Notes: generated from the sequence alone by a model not told the origin. A stretch of 64,000 nt of DNA from Rhabdothermincola salaria (GCF_021246445.1 NZ_JAJQXW010000001.1:1506168-1570167), one strand, 5' to 3'. Shown: positions 20,372 to 31,651, counted from the first letter of the stretch. Translations and numbers: made by a program.

Positions 20372-21487
20372 ATGTCCACCTCCCACGACCATCGATCCGC
20401 ACCGGCCGGCACCGACGCCGACCTGCCCGGCGAACGACTGGTGGAGATCGCCCTCGCTCTCGCCGCCCGCGAAGCCGATGGGCCGGCCACGTACGTGGAG
20501 GTCCTCGACATCCTCGACCTCGGCGGGACCGATCCCGTCGCCGAGCACGCCCTGCCCCCGTCGGACCCCGTCGCCGGGCTGCTGGGCCGATGCGCCGCCA
20601 GCTCGGCGTGGGCCGTCGGCCTCACCGGCGCCGGGAGGGTGCGCGCCATCGACGACACGACCACCCTCGGCCACGGTCGCTTCGTCCACCTGGTCAGCCG
20701 CCACGGGGTCTCGGTCACGGTGGTCCCGCCCACCGCGGCGAACGAGGGGGCGATCGTCCTGGGCCCGACCACCACCACCCAATCGGGCCGGGTGCCCGAC
20801 GCCTGTCGACGCATCGTGGGCCTCCCGACCGCCCCACCGCCCAGGGACACCGCCGCCGCGCTCGTCGACCACTGGCTCGATGCCGTCCTTTCGACATCGC
20901 TGCTCGCCGGCAGCCTCTCGTGGGCCGATGTGCTCCGGTGCCATCCCCTCGCCCGCCTCCTCGACGGCCTCGAACTCGACCCCGACCTCGTCGCCGCAGC
21001 CGCGAAGCGCTTCCGGTGGCTGCGCCGGGCGACTGACGACGACGTCGCCCGCGACCTCTTCGACGCCGTCGACGGAGGGGAGCCGGACGAGGGTGCCGGA
21101 CGATCGGTGACCCTTGCCGACCTCGTGGTCCACCACATGGTCGGACGCGACACAGCCGCCGCGTTCGCCGAGCAGCGCACCGACCTCGGGGGATGGTCGC
21201 CGGCCCAGATCGCCGATCTCACCGGCGCCGCGGGGAGGGTCGTCACGTGGGAGGTGCTGCGCCTCGCCGCCATCTGTCGGGCCGATCCGGCCGCGCTCCT
21301 CGACGCCTGCACCCTGTCCTGGATGGATGCAGGGATGTTCGCCCGCTGGACGCTCGGCGACGCCCTCCCCACAGCCGTCGCGCTCGACGTTCTCGGGCGC
21401 AGCCTGCCGGGCTCGGTCCACGACCGCCTCACCGCCGCGCTCTCGCTGCTGTCGACCCACGACGGCGAGCCCCTCCCCCACCGCTGA
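20372..21487 (+). CDS. Hypothetical protein
   Basis: ORF with GC3-biased codons and an AAAGG SD. Distinctive GRVPDACRRIVGLPTAPP and WMDAGMFARW segments; no family recognised. Confidence 0.7.
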   Translation: MSTSHDHRSAPAGTDADLPGERLVEIALALAAREADGPATYVEVLDILDLGGTDPVAEHALPPSDPVAGLLGRCAASSAWAVGLTGAGRVRAIDDTTTLGHGRFVHLVSRHGVSVTVVPPTAANEGAIVLGPTTTTQSGRVPDACRRIVGLPTAPPPRDTAAALVDHWLDAVLSTSLLAGSLSWADVLRCHPLARLLDGLELDPDLVAAAAKRFRWLRRATDDDVARDLFDAVDGGEPDEGAGRSVTLADLVVHHMVGRDTAAAFAEQRTDLGGWSPAQIADLTGAAGRVVTWEVLRLAAICRADPAALLDACTLSWMDAGMFARWTLGDALPTAVALDVLGRSLPGSVHDRLTAALSLLSTHDGEPLPHR

Positions 21488-21533
21488 GCAGCGCACGAGG
21501 CTCCGGGAGCACAGCGCGTGCAAGGCTCGCAGC

Positions 21534-22292
21534 ATGACCCTCGTGCTCGAGCTCTCCTGGTCGGCCGCCGCCACCACGGCGCGGGTCCGCGACACCGCGG
21601 CCCACAGCACCCTCACGGAGGTGTCCGCCCCCCACCCCGCGGCCAGTGCCGACCACGGCCAGGACCCCGAGACCTGGTGGAGGGCCGCGATCGCCGCCAC
21701 CAGAGACGCCCTCGATGCGCTCGCCCCGATGGGTTCAGGGGCGAGCGACATCGCGATGGTCCTGGTGGCCGACGGCGATCCACCCGGGGGGCTGGTCCCG
21801 CTCGACGCGCACCACGAGGTCATCGGTGGTGCCGTCCTCGGGTCCCACGAGGCCTCGGCCGCCGACGCCGACTGGCTCGTCGGCCACGCGGCCGGTGGCT
21901 CCGACGCGTGGCACGACGCCACGGGAGCCCTCCCCGGGGCTGGTTCCACCGTCGCCCTGCTGTCCTGGCTCCATCGATCCGACCCCGACGCATGGGATCG
22001 GCTCCGCCACCTCACCCTGCCGGCGGGTTGGCTGGTGCAGCGCCTCACCGGCGACCACCACCTCGGCGCCCACGACGCCGTGGGCACCGGCGTCCTCGAC
22101 CGCCACACCGGCCGACGCTGGCGCACCGACCTGCTGGCCGTGGTCGACGACGCCCGCGACTGGGACCTGGTGCTGCCGACGCTCGTCGTCCCCGCCGACG
22201 CCGCCGGCGGCCTCACCGCGAGCGCGGCATCCGAGCTCGGGCTGGCGGCCGTCCTCCCGGTCCACGTCGGCGGAGCCCTCCCCTCCCCGTGA
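21534..22292 (+). CDS. FGGY carbohydrate-kinase N-terminal domain only (xylulokinase-like, degenerate)
   Basis: QDPETWWRA, GLVPLD, WLHRSDP, WLVQRLTG, DAVGTG and ELGL match FGGY_N. The protein stops at VHVGG and has no FGGY_C. Confidence 0.75.
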   Translation: MTLVLELSWSAAATTARVRDTAAHSTLTEVSAPHPAASADHGQDPETWWRAAIAATRDALDALAPMGSGASDIAMVLVADGDPPGGLVPLDAHHEVIGGAVLGSHEASAADADWLVGHAAGGSDAWHDATGALPGAGSTVALLSWLHRSDPDAWDRLRHLTLPAGWLVQRLTGDHHLGAHDAVGTGVLDRHTGRRWRTDLLAVVDDARDWDLVLPTLVVPADAAGGLTASAASELGLAAVLPVHVGGALPSP

Positions 22293-22313
22293 CCCCTCGA
22301 CGCACCCTCGTGG

Positions 22314-22359
22314 CGTCACCTGCCGTTCACCCTGACGCCAGTGTCACCGCGGCTAACGT
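22314..22359 (+). promoter_or_regulatory. PHO-box-like 11-nt direct repeats plus -10 element upstream of the Ugp-like ABC operon
   Basis: cGTCACCtgcc-GTTCACCctga (11-nt period) followed by TAACGT at 22354-22359. Confidence 0.55.
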
Positions 22360-22464
22360 GCGGCCACCGACCTCACCCCGTCGCTCCCTCGTTCCGGTGT
22401 CCTCGCGGGGCCGCCGGGGTGGCGGAGCCCCATCGGCGGGGCAGGCCCGCCCGAGGAGCTTCCA

Positions 22465-23570
<1,106 letters not shown>

Positions 23571-23574
<4 letters not shown>

Positions 23575-24542
23575 CCCGCGGCATCGACGCCGATCCCGGC
23601 ACGGGTCCGGCGACCGACACGCCCACGGTGGGCGACGCTCCACCGGGAGCCGCCACGCCCGACGACGCCCCGATGCCCGCGTACCGGCGGCGGCAGTTCA
23701 CCGACGCCGCGCTGGGCTACGCGCTGCTGGTGCCCTCGGCGCTGGTGTTCATCGTCTTCTTCTTCTATCCGCTCTACCGGCTCTTCTACCTGGGTCTGCA
23801 CCAGCAGAACCGGTTCGGCACCAACGAGCGCTACGTCGGCTTCAGCCAGTTCGGCGAGGTGCTCACCGGCGACGAGTTCACCGAGGGCCTGCGCATCAGC
23901 GCCTCGTACGTCCTCTACACGGTGCCGCTCGGGTTGGTGCTGGGTGTGCTGCTGGCGGTCGCCGCCAACCGCCACCTCAAGGGCATCAAGGTGTTCCAGA
24001 CCATCTTCGCCTCCACCGTGGCCACGTCGGTGGCGGTGGCCTCGGTGGTGTTCTTCGTGTTGTTGAACCCGCAGGTCGGCTACTTCAGCAGCATCGACTT
24101 CTTCAGCCTCTCTGATCCCGACACCGCCCTGCGGGGGGTGGCGCTCTCGTCGGTGTGGCAGAACCTCGGCCTCACCTTCATCATCGTGCTCGCCGGACTG
24201 CAGGCGGTCCCCGAGGAGATCCAGGAGGCGGCCACCCTCGACGGCTACGGGCCCGTCCGGCGCTTCTTCCGGGTCACCCTCCCGCTCATCAGTCCCACCC
24301 TCATGTTCCTCATGGTGGTGCTGGTCATCTTCGCCCTGCAGGCCTTCGCCCAGTCCGACATCCTCACTGCGGGCGGGCCGGTGGGCTCGACCGAGACGCT
24401 CGTCTACAAGATCTTCTACAGCCAGCAGCCCTCCGATCAGGGCACCGGCTCGGTCATGGCCGTCGGTCTGTTCGGCATCACGCTCGTCGTCACCCTCGCC
24501 CAGTTCCTGATCCTCGAGAAGCGGGTTCACTATGGGAACTGA
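23571..24542 (+). CDS. CUT1 ABC permease (UgpA-like)
   Basis: LAGLQAVPEEIQEAATLDG EAA loop and six TM segments. TTG overlaps the upstream stop; ATG 23673 is an alternative start. Confidence 0.9.
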
Positions 24543-25368
24543 GACCTTGCAGACCCCATGGAAGAAGGCGGTCTGGTACCTGGTCCTCACCGCGCTCGCC
24601 GTCATGGTGCTGTTCCCGGTGTACATGACGCTGGTGCGGGCGCTGTCCACCCCGGCGGCGTACGTGCAGGCCGGTCAGCCGCCGTGGCCGGTCGACGTGC
24701 AGTGGGACGTCTTCTCGCGGGCCTGGAACGTCGGCGACTTCGGCTCCAAGATCTGGGTCAGCGTCGTGGTCACCGTCATCATCGTGGCCGCCCAGCTGCT
24801 CACCTCGGTGCTGGCCGCCTACGCCTTCGCCTTCCTCGAGTTCCGCTTCAAGCGGGTGCTCTTCGTGGTGTTCATGGCCACCCTGATGCTCCCCATCGAG
24901 GTCACGCTCATCCCCAACGTCCAGAGCATCCGCAGCTTCGAGTGGCTGAACAGCTACCCGGGCCTGGTCGGCCCGTTCCTCGCCACCGCGTTCGGCACCT
25001 TCCTCATCCGCCAGGGGTTCATGGGCATCCCTCGCGACCTGCGCGACGCCGCCGCCCTCGACGGCTTCGGCCACCTGGCCTTTCTCCGACGAGTAGCCAT
25101 CCCCGTCACCAAGCCCATCGTCGCCTCGTTCGCGGTGATCGCCTTCCTCGCCGCGTGGAACCAGTACACCTGGCCGCGAGCCGTGGTCACCGAAGGCGAC
25201 TGGGAGACCATCCAGATCGGCCTCAAGTCGGTGCAGGCCTCCACGGTCGACCAGAACAACCTCGGCTTCGCCGCCGCCCTGATCGCCGCCCTGCCCATCT
25301 TGTTGCTGTTGGTCTTCCTGCAGCGCCAGCTCGTGCGGGGCCTCACCGCCGGCGCCGTCAAGGGCTGA
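24532..25368 (+). CDS. CUT1 ABC permease (UgpE-like)
   Basis: AAYAFA, FLIRQGFMGIPRDLRDAAALDG, WNQYTWP and GAVKG motifs. Confidence 0.92.
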   Translation: MGTETLQTPWKKAVWYLVLTALAVMVLFPVYMTLVRALSTPAAYVQAGQPPWPVDVQWDVFSRAWNVGDFGSKIWVSVVVTVIIVAAQLLTSVLAAYAFAFLEFRFKRVLFVVFMATLMLPIEVTLIPNVQSIRSFEWLNSYPGLVGPFLATAFGTFLIRQGFMGIPRDLRDAAALDGFGHLAFLRRVAIPVTKPIVASFAVIAFLAAWNQYTWPRAVVTEGDWETIQIGLKSVQASTVDQNNLGFAAALIAALPILLLLVFLQRQLVRGLTAGAVKG

Positions 25369-25461
25369 ACCCGACCGACCCTCCCCCCGCACACCTCCTT
25401 CATCCGTCCCCCCAACCTGCCGATGCATCCCCTCGTCACCCTCGCCTCCAGGAGTCACCGC

Positions 25462-26919
25462 ATGCCCAGGTCCACCCGTATCGTCGGCGGTCTGCTCGCC
25501 GCCGCCCTCCTCGCCGCCGGCTGCGGCAGCAGCGACAGCGGCGACAACTCCGCCGGCCGGCCCGCCACCGAGGACGTCGAGCTCCCCGAGTGCCCGGTGG
25601 GCGCCCTCGACTCGGCCGCCGGCCCCGTCGACGTCACCGTCTGGTACCAGCTCAGCGGCAAGGCCGGCGACACCTTCGAAGCCCAGGTGGCGGCCTACAA
25701 CGCCTCCCAGGACCAGGTGCGCGTCACCGCCGAGCTGCAGGGCGTCTCCTACGACGAGCTCCTGCGCAAGTACGAGCAGGGCATCCCGTCGCGGAACCTG
25801 CCCGACATGCTCGTCGCCGAGGACACCGCCACCCGCTTCCTGATCGACAGCGACACCGTGTTCCCGGCCCAGTCCTGCTTCGACGCCGACGGGCTCTCCA
25901 CCGACGGCTTCGCCGAGGCGGCCGTCAACCACTACACGGTCGGCGGGGCCATGTGGCCCGGTTCGGCGAGCCTGTCGAACCTGCTGACCTACTACAACAA
26001 GAACCACTTCCGCCGAGCCGACCTCGACCCGGAGACGGTGCCGGCCACGCTGGCCGAGGTGCGCGAGGTCGCCGAGACCATCAAGGCCGCCGGCATCACC
26101 GAGACCCCTGTCGTGCTCAAGATGGACGCCTGGTTCGTGGAGACCCAGCTCACCGGCGACCAGCAGACCATGGTCGACAACGACAACGGCTACGGACCCG
26201 ACGAGACCACCGAGGCCACCTTCGACACCGAGGTCACCCAGGAGATCTTCGACTGGATCAAGTCGATGATCGACGACGGGCTCATGACCCCGGTCCAGGC
26301 CACGGACGGCAACTTCGACCACTACCTGGCCATGGCCAACCAGAACGCCTCGATCACCATCGAGACCTCCACCGCCGCCACCTCGGTGGTGGCCTTCCTC
26401 GGTGGCGACACGTCGGTGGCGGCCGAGCTGGGCCGCGGTGCGGCCGACGCCGACGCCGAGGCCCTCGACATCGGCGCCGGGCAGGTCTTCGGCCTCACCG
26501 AGCCCGGCCAGGCCCAGATCGGCGGCAACGGCTTCTGGATGATGAGCACCTCCACCGACGAGCAGATCTCGGCGTCGTGGGACTTCATGAAGTGGTGGAA
26601 CGAGGTCGACCAACAGGTCACCTGGAACATCGAAGGCTCGTACCTGCCGTTCCTCGACGCCGCCGCCGAGGATCCCCGCGTGCAGGCCTTCTGGAGCGAC
26701 GAGCTGGCCGGCAAGTGGCTGAGCATCGCCTACGAGCAACTCCAGGACGGCGACCCCGACTTCACCGGTGCGCTCATCGGCCCGTACGACAAGTTCCGCA
26801 TCGCCATGCGTGACGCCATGGCCGCGGTGGCCTTCCAGGGCGCCGACCCGGCGACCGCCATCACCCAGGCCGCCGAGCAGACCACCCAGGCCCTCCAGGA
26901 CTACAACGCCTCGCTGTAG
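25462..26919 (+). CDS. ABC substrate-binding lipoprotein (UgpB-like), copy 1
   Basis: AGGAG SD, lipobox LAAGC, YNASQ, YYNKNHFRRA, IGGNGFW and GSYLP. Confidence 0.88.
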   Translation: MPRSTRIVGGLLAAALLAAGCGSSDSGDNSAGRPATEDVELPECPVGALDSAAGPVDVTVWYQLSGKAGDTFEAQVAAYNASQDQVRVTAELQGVSYDELLRKYEQGIPSRNLPDMLVAEDTATRFLIDSDTVFPAQSCFDADGLSTDGFAEAAVNHYTVGGAMWPGSASLSNLLTYYNKNHFRRADLDPETVPATLAEVREVAETIKAAGITETPVVLKMDAWFVETQLTGDQQTMVDNDNGYGPDETTEATFDTEVTQEIFDWIKSMIDDGLMTPVQATDGNFDHYLAMANQNASITIETSTAATSVVAFLGGDTSVAAELGRGAADADAEALDIGAGQVFGLTEPGQAQIGGNGFWMMSTSTDEQISASWDFMKWWNEVDQQVTWNIEGSYLPFLDAAAEDPRVQAFWSDELAGKWLSIAYEQLQDGDPDFTGALIGPYDKFRIAMRDAMAAVAFQGADPATAITQAAEQTTQALQDYNASL

Positions 26920-26946
26920 CGAGGCCCACACCACCGCGAGGTCCCC

Positions 26947-28404
26947 ATGCCCCGTCGTCGTCGTGCCGTGGCCGCCACCGCGGTCGCCGCCACATTGCTG
27001 ATCGCCGCCTGCGGCGGCGGCACCGACGACGACCGGGGCGGCGGTGTCGACGCCGCCCTGCCCGAGTGCCCCCTCGACGCCCTCGAGACGGCCACCGGAC
27101 CGGTCGAGATCGTGGTGTGGCACTCGCAGCTGGCCGAGACCGAGCGCACCCTCGAGGCGCTGGTCGCCGAGTACAACGACTCACAGGACGACGTGGAGGT
27201 CGTGCTCGAGAGCCAGGGCTCCAGCTACGAAGAACTGGTGCGCAAGTTCACCCAGGCCATCCCCACCCGCCAGCTCCCGGCTGCTCTGGTGGTCGACGAC
27301 ACCTCCACCCAGTTCATGGCCGACTCCGGGGTCGTCCTGCCCGCCCAGAGCTGCGCCGACGTCGACGACTACGCGCTGTCGCAGTTCCTCACCACCGCGG
27401 TCGACTACTACACGGTCGACGGGGCCTTCTACCCGGGGTCGGCCAACCTCGGCACGGCGCTGACCTACTACAACAAGAACCACTTCCGGCGTGCCGGGCT
27501 CGATCCCGACGACCCGCCCGCGACCCTCGACGAGCTCCGCGCCGCCGCCGAGGCCATCCAAGCCGCCGGGGTCACCACCACCCCGATGGTGCTGTCGCTC
27601 TCGCCGTGGATCATCGAGTTCTGGCTCACCGGCGCCGGGGCCCCGGTGGTCGACAACGGCAACGGCCGGGGCGAGGGCGGTGCCACCGCCGCGGCCCTCG
27701 CCGACAACGACACCGCCACCGAGCTGCTGGGTTGGATCGCCGACATGCAAGCCGACGGCCTGCTCCAGGCCCTGCCCTATGCCGAGGGCGGCATCGACCA
27801 GTACCTGGCCCTGGCCAGCCAGAACGCATCGTTCACCGTCGAGTCCTCCAGCGCGGCCACGTCCATCGCCGCCTTCCTCGAGGGCGACCTCGACCTGGCC
27901 GAGGTCGACGCCGACGCCGACGAGCCCACCGACCTCTCCGGGCTCGACATCGGCGCCGGCCCCTTCGCCGGCATCGACGCCGGCGGGCGGGGACAGGTCG
28001 GTGGCGCCGCCTGGTACATGGTCAACACCAGCCCACCCGAGGTGCAGGCCGCCACCTGGGAGTTCATGAAGTTCCTCAACGGCAACGAGGCCCAGGTCCA
28101 GCTCAACCTGGGCGGCTCGTACCTGCCGTTCCTACGCTCGGCGGTCGACGATCCCCGCATCGCCGCAGAGTGGTCGACCACGTTGTCGGGCCGCTGGCTG
28201 GCCACCGCCAACGAGATGCTCGTCGACGGCATCGACCCGACCTTCCCGGGTCCGCTCATCGGCCCCTACACCGAGGCCCGTCTGGCCATCCGCGAGGGCC
28301 TCGAGGCCCTCGCCGTCGACGGCCGCAGCCCGCAGGAGGCCCTGCAGCTGATGCAGGACGAGCTCGATGCCGCCTTCCAGCGCTACCGCGACGAAGGCTT
28401 CTGA
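26947..28404 (+). CDS. ABC substrate-binding lipoprotein (UgpB-like), copy 2
   Basis: Lipobox IAAC; collinear paralogue of the preceding gene (LPECP, YYNKNHFRRA, GSYLPFL). Confidence 0.88.
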   Translation: MPRRRRAVAATAVAATLLIAACGGGTDDDRGGGVDAALPECPLDALETATGPVEIVVWHSQLAETERTLEALVAEYNDSQDDVEVVLESQGSSYEELVRKFTQAIPTRQLPAALVVDDTSTQFMADSGVVLPAQSCADVDDYALSQFLTTAVDYYTVDGAFYPGSANLGTALTYYNKNHFRRAGLDPDDPPATLDELRAAAEAIQAAGVTTTPMVLSLSPWIIEFWLTGAGAPVVDNGNGRGEGGATAAALADNDTATELLGWIADMQADGLLQALPYAEGGIDQYLALASQNASFTVESSSAATSIAAFLEGDLDLAEVDADADEPTDLSGLDIGAGPFAGIDAGGRGQVGGAAWYMVNTSPPEVQAATWEFMKFLNGNEAQVQLNLGGSYLPFLRSAVDDPRIAAEWSTTLSGRWLATANEMLVDGIDPTFPGPLIGPYTEARLAIREGLEALAVDGRSPQEALQLMQDELDAAFQRYRDEGF

Positions 28405-28411
28405 GACGACG

Positions 28412-28885
28412 ATGACCGCACCGACCGACCCGACCGCCCCGAACGCCGTGCGCTTCGGGCCGATGGAAGCCGCCGCCCACGCCCGCTGGAGCCGCTTCGG
28501 CCAGTGGGACGACACGCTGTTCTGGGACGTCCTGGGCCTCCGGCTCGAGGAGCTGCGCGCCGACTACGCCCGCATGCGCCTCCCCTACCGCCCCGAGCTG
28601 CGCCAACCCGCCGGGGTGGTGCACGGTGGCGCCATCGCCGGTCTGCTCGACACGGTGGTGGTCCCGGCGGTGGGGTGGCCCTTCGAAGCGGTCCCCGAGA
28701 TGCTGACGCTCTCCATGAACATCTCGTACCTCGGGGCGGTCCGCGGCCAGGACTGCGTCGCCGAGGGCTGGGTCACCAAGCGCGGGCGCTCGATCGTGTT
28801 CTGCGAGGCCAGCGCCCGCGGGGCCGACGGCGAGCCGGTCGCCACCGCCAGCGTCGTCTACAAGGTGCGCGCCCCCGCCGGCTGA
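28412..28885 (+). CDS. PaaI family thioesterase
   Basis: GVVHGGAIAGLLD hotdog motif. Confidence 0.88.
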   Translation: MTAPTDPTAPNAVRFGPMEAAAHARWSRFGQWDDTLFWDVLGLRLEELRADYARMRLPYRPELRQPAGVVHGGAIAGLLDTVVVPAVGWPFEAVPEMLTLSMNISYLGAVRGQDCVAEGWVTKRGRSIVFCEASARGADGEPVATASVVYKVRAPAG

Positions 28886-28975
28886 ACGGGACTGCCGCCG
28901 GGGAGGCTCGGCTCGGGGTCGGCCCGGCTCCTCGGCGAGGGACAGCGACGGCGGAGCAGTCCTACGCTCCGCGGC

Positions 28976-30625
28976 ATGAGCGCCGTGCTGCGAACCCACG
29001 AGGTCACCAACCAGGTCCCACCCCTGGCCGGCTACGACGTCGCCGGGGCCGACGTCGCCCTCAGCGACGGCGTCCGGCGCGAAGGGGCCACTTGGGTGGC
29101 CGACGAGCTCGCCGCCCTCGGCCGGCTGGCCGGAAGCGAGGAGGCCCAGGAGCAGGGCCGCCGAGCCGAGGAGAACCCTCCGGCGCTGCGCACCCACGAC
29201 CGGTACGGCCATCGCATCGACGCCGTCGACTACCACCCCGCCTACCACTGGCTCATGCGCACCGCCGTCGAGCACGGGCTGCACGCGGCACCGTGGTCCG
29301 ACGAGCGCTCCGGGGCCCACGTGGCCAGGGCGGCCAAGGTCATCACCTGGTATCAGGTCGACGGCGGCCACATCTGCCCCATCTCCATGACCTACTCGGT
29401 CATCCCTGCGCTGCGCCACGACCCGGCGACAGCCGGCGAATGGGAGCCTCGCCTGGTGTCACGCCGCTACGACCCGGCCGACCGGCCGGCGGGAGAGAAG
29501 ACCGGGGCCACCGCCGGCATGGCCATGACCGAGAAGCAGGGCGGATCCGACGTGCGGGCCAACACCACCACCGCTGTCCCGCTCGGCCCCTCTGGCCACG
29601 AGTACCTGCTCACCGGCCACAAGTGGTTCTGCTCGGCGCCCATGTCCGATGGCTTCTTGATGCTGGCCCAGGCCCCCGGTGGCCTCACCTGCTTCTGGGT
29701 GCCCCGGTGGTGCCCGGACGGCACCCGCAACCTCATCGCCCTGCAGCGGCTGAAGGACAAGCTGGGCGACCGGGCCAACGCCTCGAGCGAGATCGAGCTG
29801 CTCGACACCTGGGCCCGACGCGTCGGCGACGAAGGCCAGGGGGTGCGCACGATCATCGAGATGGTCAGCCACACCCGGCTGGACTGCACCCTGGGGTCCG
29901 CCGCCATCATGCGCCAGGGGGTGGCCCAGGCCTCGTGGCACGCCCACCACCGTCGGGCCTTCGGTGCCCGGCTCGACGACCACCCGCTCATGGCCAACGT
30001 GCTGGCCGACCTCGCCGTCGAGTCCGAGGCGGCCACCGCCACCGTCCTGCGCCTCGCTCGGGCGTTCGACGCCGACCCGGACGACGAGCACGAGGCGCGG
30101 CTGAAGCGGCTGCTCACCCCGGTGCTCAAGTACTGGACCTGCAAGAGGGCCCCCCAACACGCCGCCGAGGCCCTGGAGTGCCTGGGCGGGGCCGGATTCG
30201 TCGAGGAGTCCGGGCTCCCCCGCCTCTACCGCCAGAGCCCCGTGAACGGCGTGTGGGAGGGGTCGGGCAACGTGATCTGCCTCGACGTGCTGCGGGCCAT
30301 GGCGCGTGCTCCCGAGGTCCTCGACGCCTACTGGGACGAGGTCGCCCTGGCGGCCGGAGCGGACACGCGGCTCGATGCGGCGGCGACGGCGCTGCGCGAC
30401 GAGCTGGCCGACGCCGACCAGATCGAGCTGCGGGCCCGCCGTCTGGTCGAGCGCATGGCGACGGTGTTCCAGGCGTCGTTGCTGGTGCGCCACGCCCCGG
30501 AGCCGGTGGCCGACGCCTTCTGTGCGTCTCGCCTCGACGGCGCGCCCGGCCACGCGTTCGGGAACCTCCCCACCGGTCTCGATCTGCGAGCGGTGCTGGA
30601 CCGGGCCCGCCCCGCACTCGTCTGA
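28976..30625 (+). CDS. Acyl-CoA dehydrogenase, AidB-like
   Basis: THEVTNQVPPL, CPISMTY, MAMTEKQGGSDV, GHKWFCSAP, KDKLG and WEGSGNV motifs. Confidence 0.92.
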   Translation: MSAVLRTHEVTNQVPPLAGYDVAGADVALSDGVRREGATWVADELAALGRLAGSEEAQEQGRRAEENPPALRTHDRYGHRIDAVDYHPAYHWLMRTAVEHGLHAAPWSDERSGAHVARAAKVITWYQVDGGHICPISMTYSVIPALRHDPATAGEWEPRLVSRRYDPADRPAGEKTGATAGMAMTEKQGGSDVRANTTTAVPLGPSGHEYLLTGHKWFCSAPMSDGFLMLAQAPGGLTCFWVPRWCPDGTRNLIALQRLKDKLGDRANASSEIELLDTWARRVGDEGQGVRTIIEMVSHTRLDCTLGSAAIMRQGVAQASWHAHHRRAFGARLDDHPLMANVLADLAVESEAATATVLRLARAFDADPDDEHEARLKRLLTPVLKYWTCKRAPQHAAEALECLGGAGFVEESGLPRLYRQSPVNGVWEGSGNVICLDVLRAMARAPEVLDAYWDEVALAAGADTRLDAAATALRDELADADQIELRARRLVERMATVFQASLLVRHAPEPVADAFCASRLDGAPGHAFGNLPTGLDLRAVLDRARPALV

Positions 30626-30644
30626 GGCGCCGCGCCCGTCGCCG

Positions 30645-31094
30645 TCAGGACGCTCGCGATCGGGCCAGGGGGATCCCCAGCTCGGCGGTGCCCGTCACGT
30701 GGTCACCGAGGTCGTTGGTGGCCCGGAAGGCGATCTCCACCAGGCCGTCGTCGCCGTCGGTGCCGGTGCCGGTCACCGCACCGCTGAAGGTGAGCGTGGA
30801 GCCCGGCATCACCGGCACGCCCAGGCGGACGGACAGCCGTCGCAGCATGGCGTCGGGTCCGGCCCAGTCGGTGAGGAACCGGGTGCAGTAGGCGTTGGTG
30901 GACAAGATGTTCATGAAGATGTCGGGGGCACCTTGGGCGTTGGCGAAGTCGCGGTCGTGGTGCACGGGCATGAAGTCGCGGGTGGCCAGGGCTCCGGCCA
31001 CCACCACGCTGGCGGTGACGTCGACGACCATCGGGGTCAGCTCGTCGCCCACGGCGACGCGGTACCAGTCGAGGGTGGAGGGCAGGGCGCTCAT
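30645..31094 (-). CDS. MaoC-like dehydratase (ChsH1-like paralogue)
   Basis: ATRDFMPVHHD...DIFMNILST...TDWAGP...RLGVP; ATGA-coupled to the upstream gene. Confidence 0.85.
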   Translation of the reverse strand: MSALPSTLDWYRVAVGDELTPMVVDVTASVVVAGALATRDFMPVHHDRDFANAQGAPDIFMNILSTNAYCTRFLTDWAGPDAMLRRLSVRLGVPVMPGSTLTFSGAVTGTGTDGDDGLVEIAFRATNDLGDHVTGTAELGIPLARSRAS

Positions 31095-31651
31095 GACGCC
31101 GCCGGCCGGAACTTGAGCACCCGGAAGCGTTGACGCCCCACCACCTCGCCGGCCTCGTCGCGGTAGGTGCTGACCCACGTCACGAAATGGCCGGCGCCGA
31201 GGCGGGTGGACTTCTCCTCGGAGATCGACTCCATCGCCGTCTCGGCGGTGAGCACCTCCCCGAGGCGGACGTACCGCTCGATCTCGAACTCGGAGTTCGA
31301 GGCCAACGTCCCCGTGAAGCCGGCATCGTCGAGCACCGACAGCGGACTCTCGCCCGACACCTCGGTCGGGGCACCGCCCCGTTCGCGCAGGCCCGTGATG
31401 CGGGGAGTGGCCATGGTCCACGTCTGCAGCATCGTGGGCGGGGCCACGATCTCGCCGAAGCGTGACGCAGCCGCCGCGTCGGGGTCGGTGTACACGGGGT
31501 TGGCGTCCTCGAAGGCGGCGGCCCAGTGCCGGATCATCGGTTGGTTGACCGGATCGGGCGCCACCGAGGGGCCACCGGCCCCCATGGGCTGGCCGATGAG
31601 GGCGTCGAGACGCTTCCGGAAACGGTCCGACCCGTCCTGTTCTGTCCCCAC
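31091..31651 (-). CDS. MaoC-like dehydratase (ChsH2 N-domain only, no DUF35)
   Basis: DPVNQPMIRHW..DANPVY..APPTMLQTWTM..ISEEKSTRLG.GHFVT..FRVLKF. Confidence 0.85.
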   Translation of the reverse strand: MGTEQDGSDRFRKRLDALIGQPMGAGGPSVAPDPVNQPMIRHWAAAFEDANPVYTDPDAAAASRFGEIVAPPTMLQTWTMATPRITGLRERGGAPTEVSGESPLSVLDDAGFTGTLASNSEFEIERYVRLGEVLTAETAMESISEEKSTRLGAGHFVTWVSTYRDEAGEVVGRQRFRVLKFRPAAS

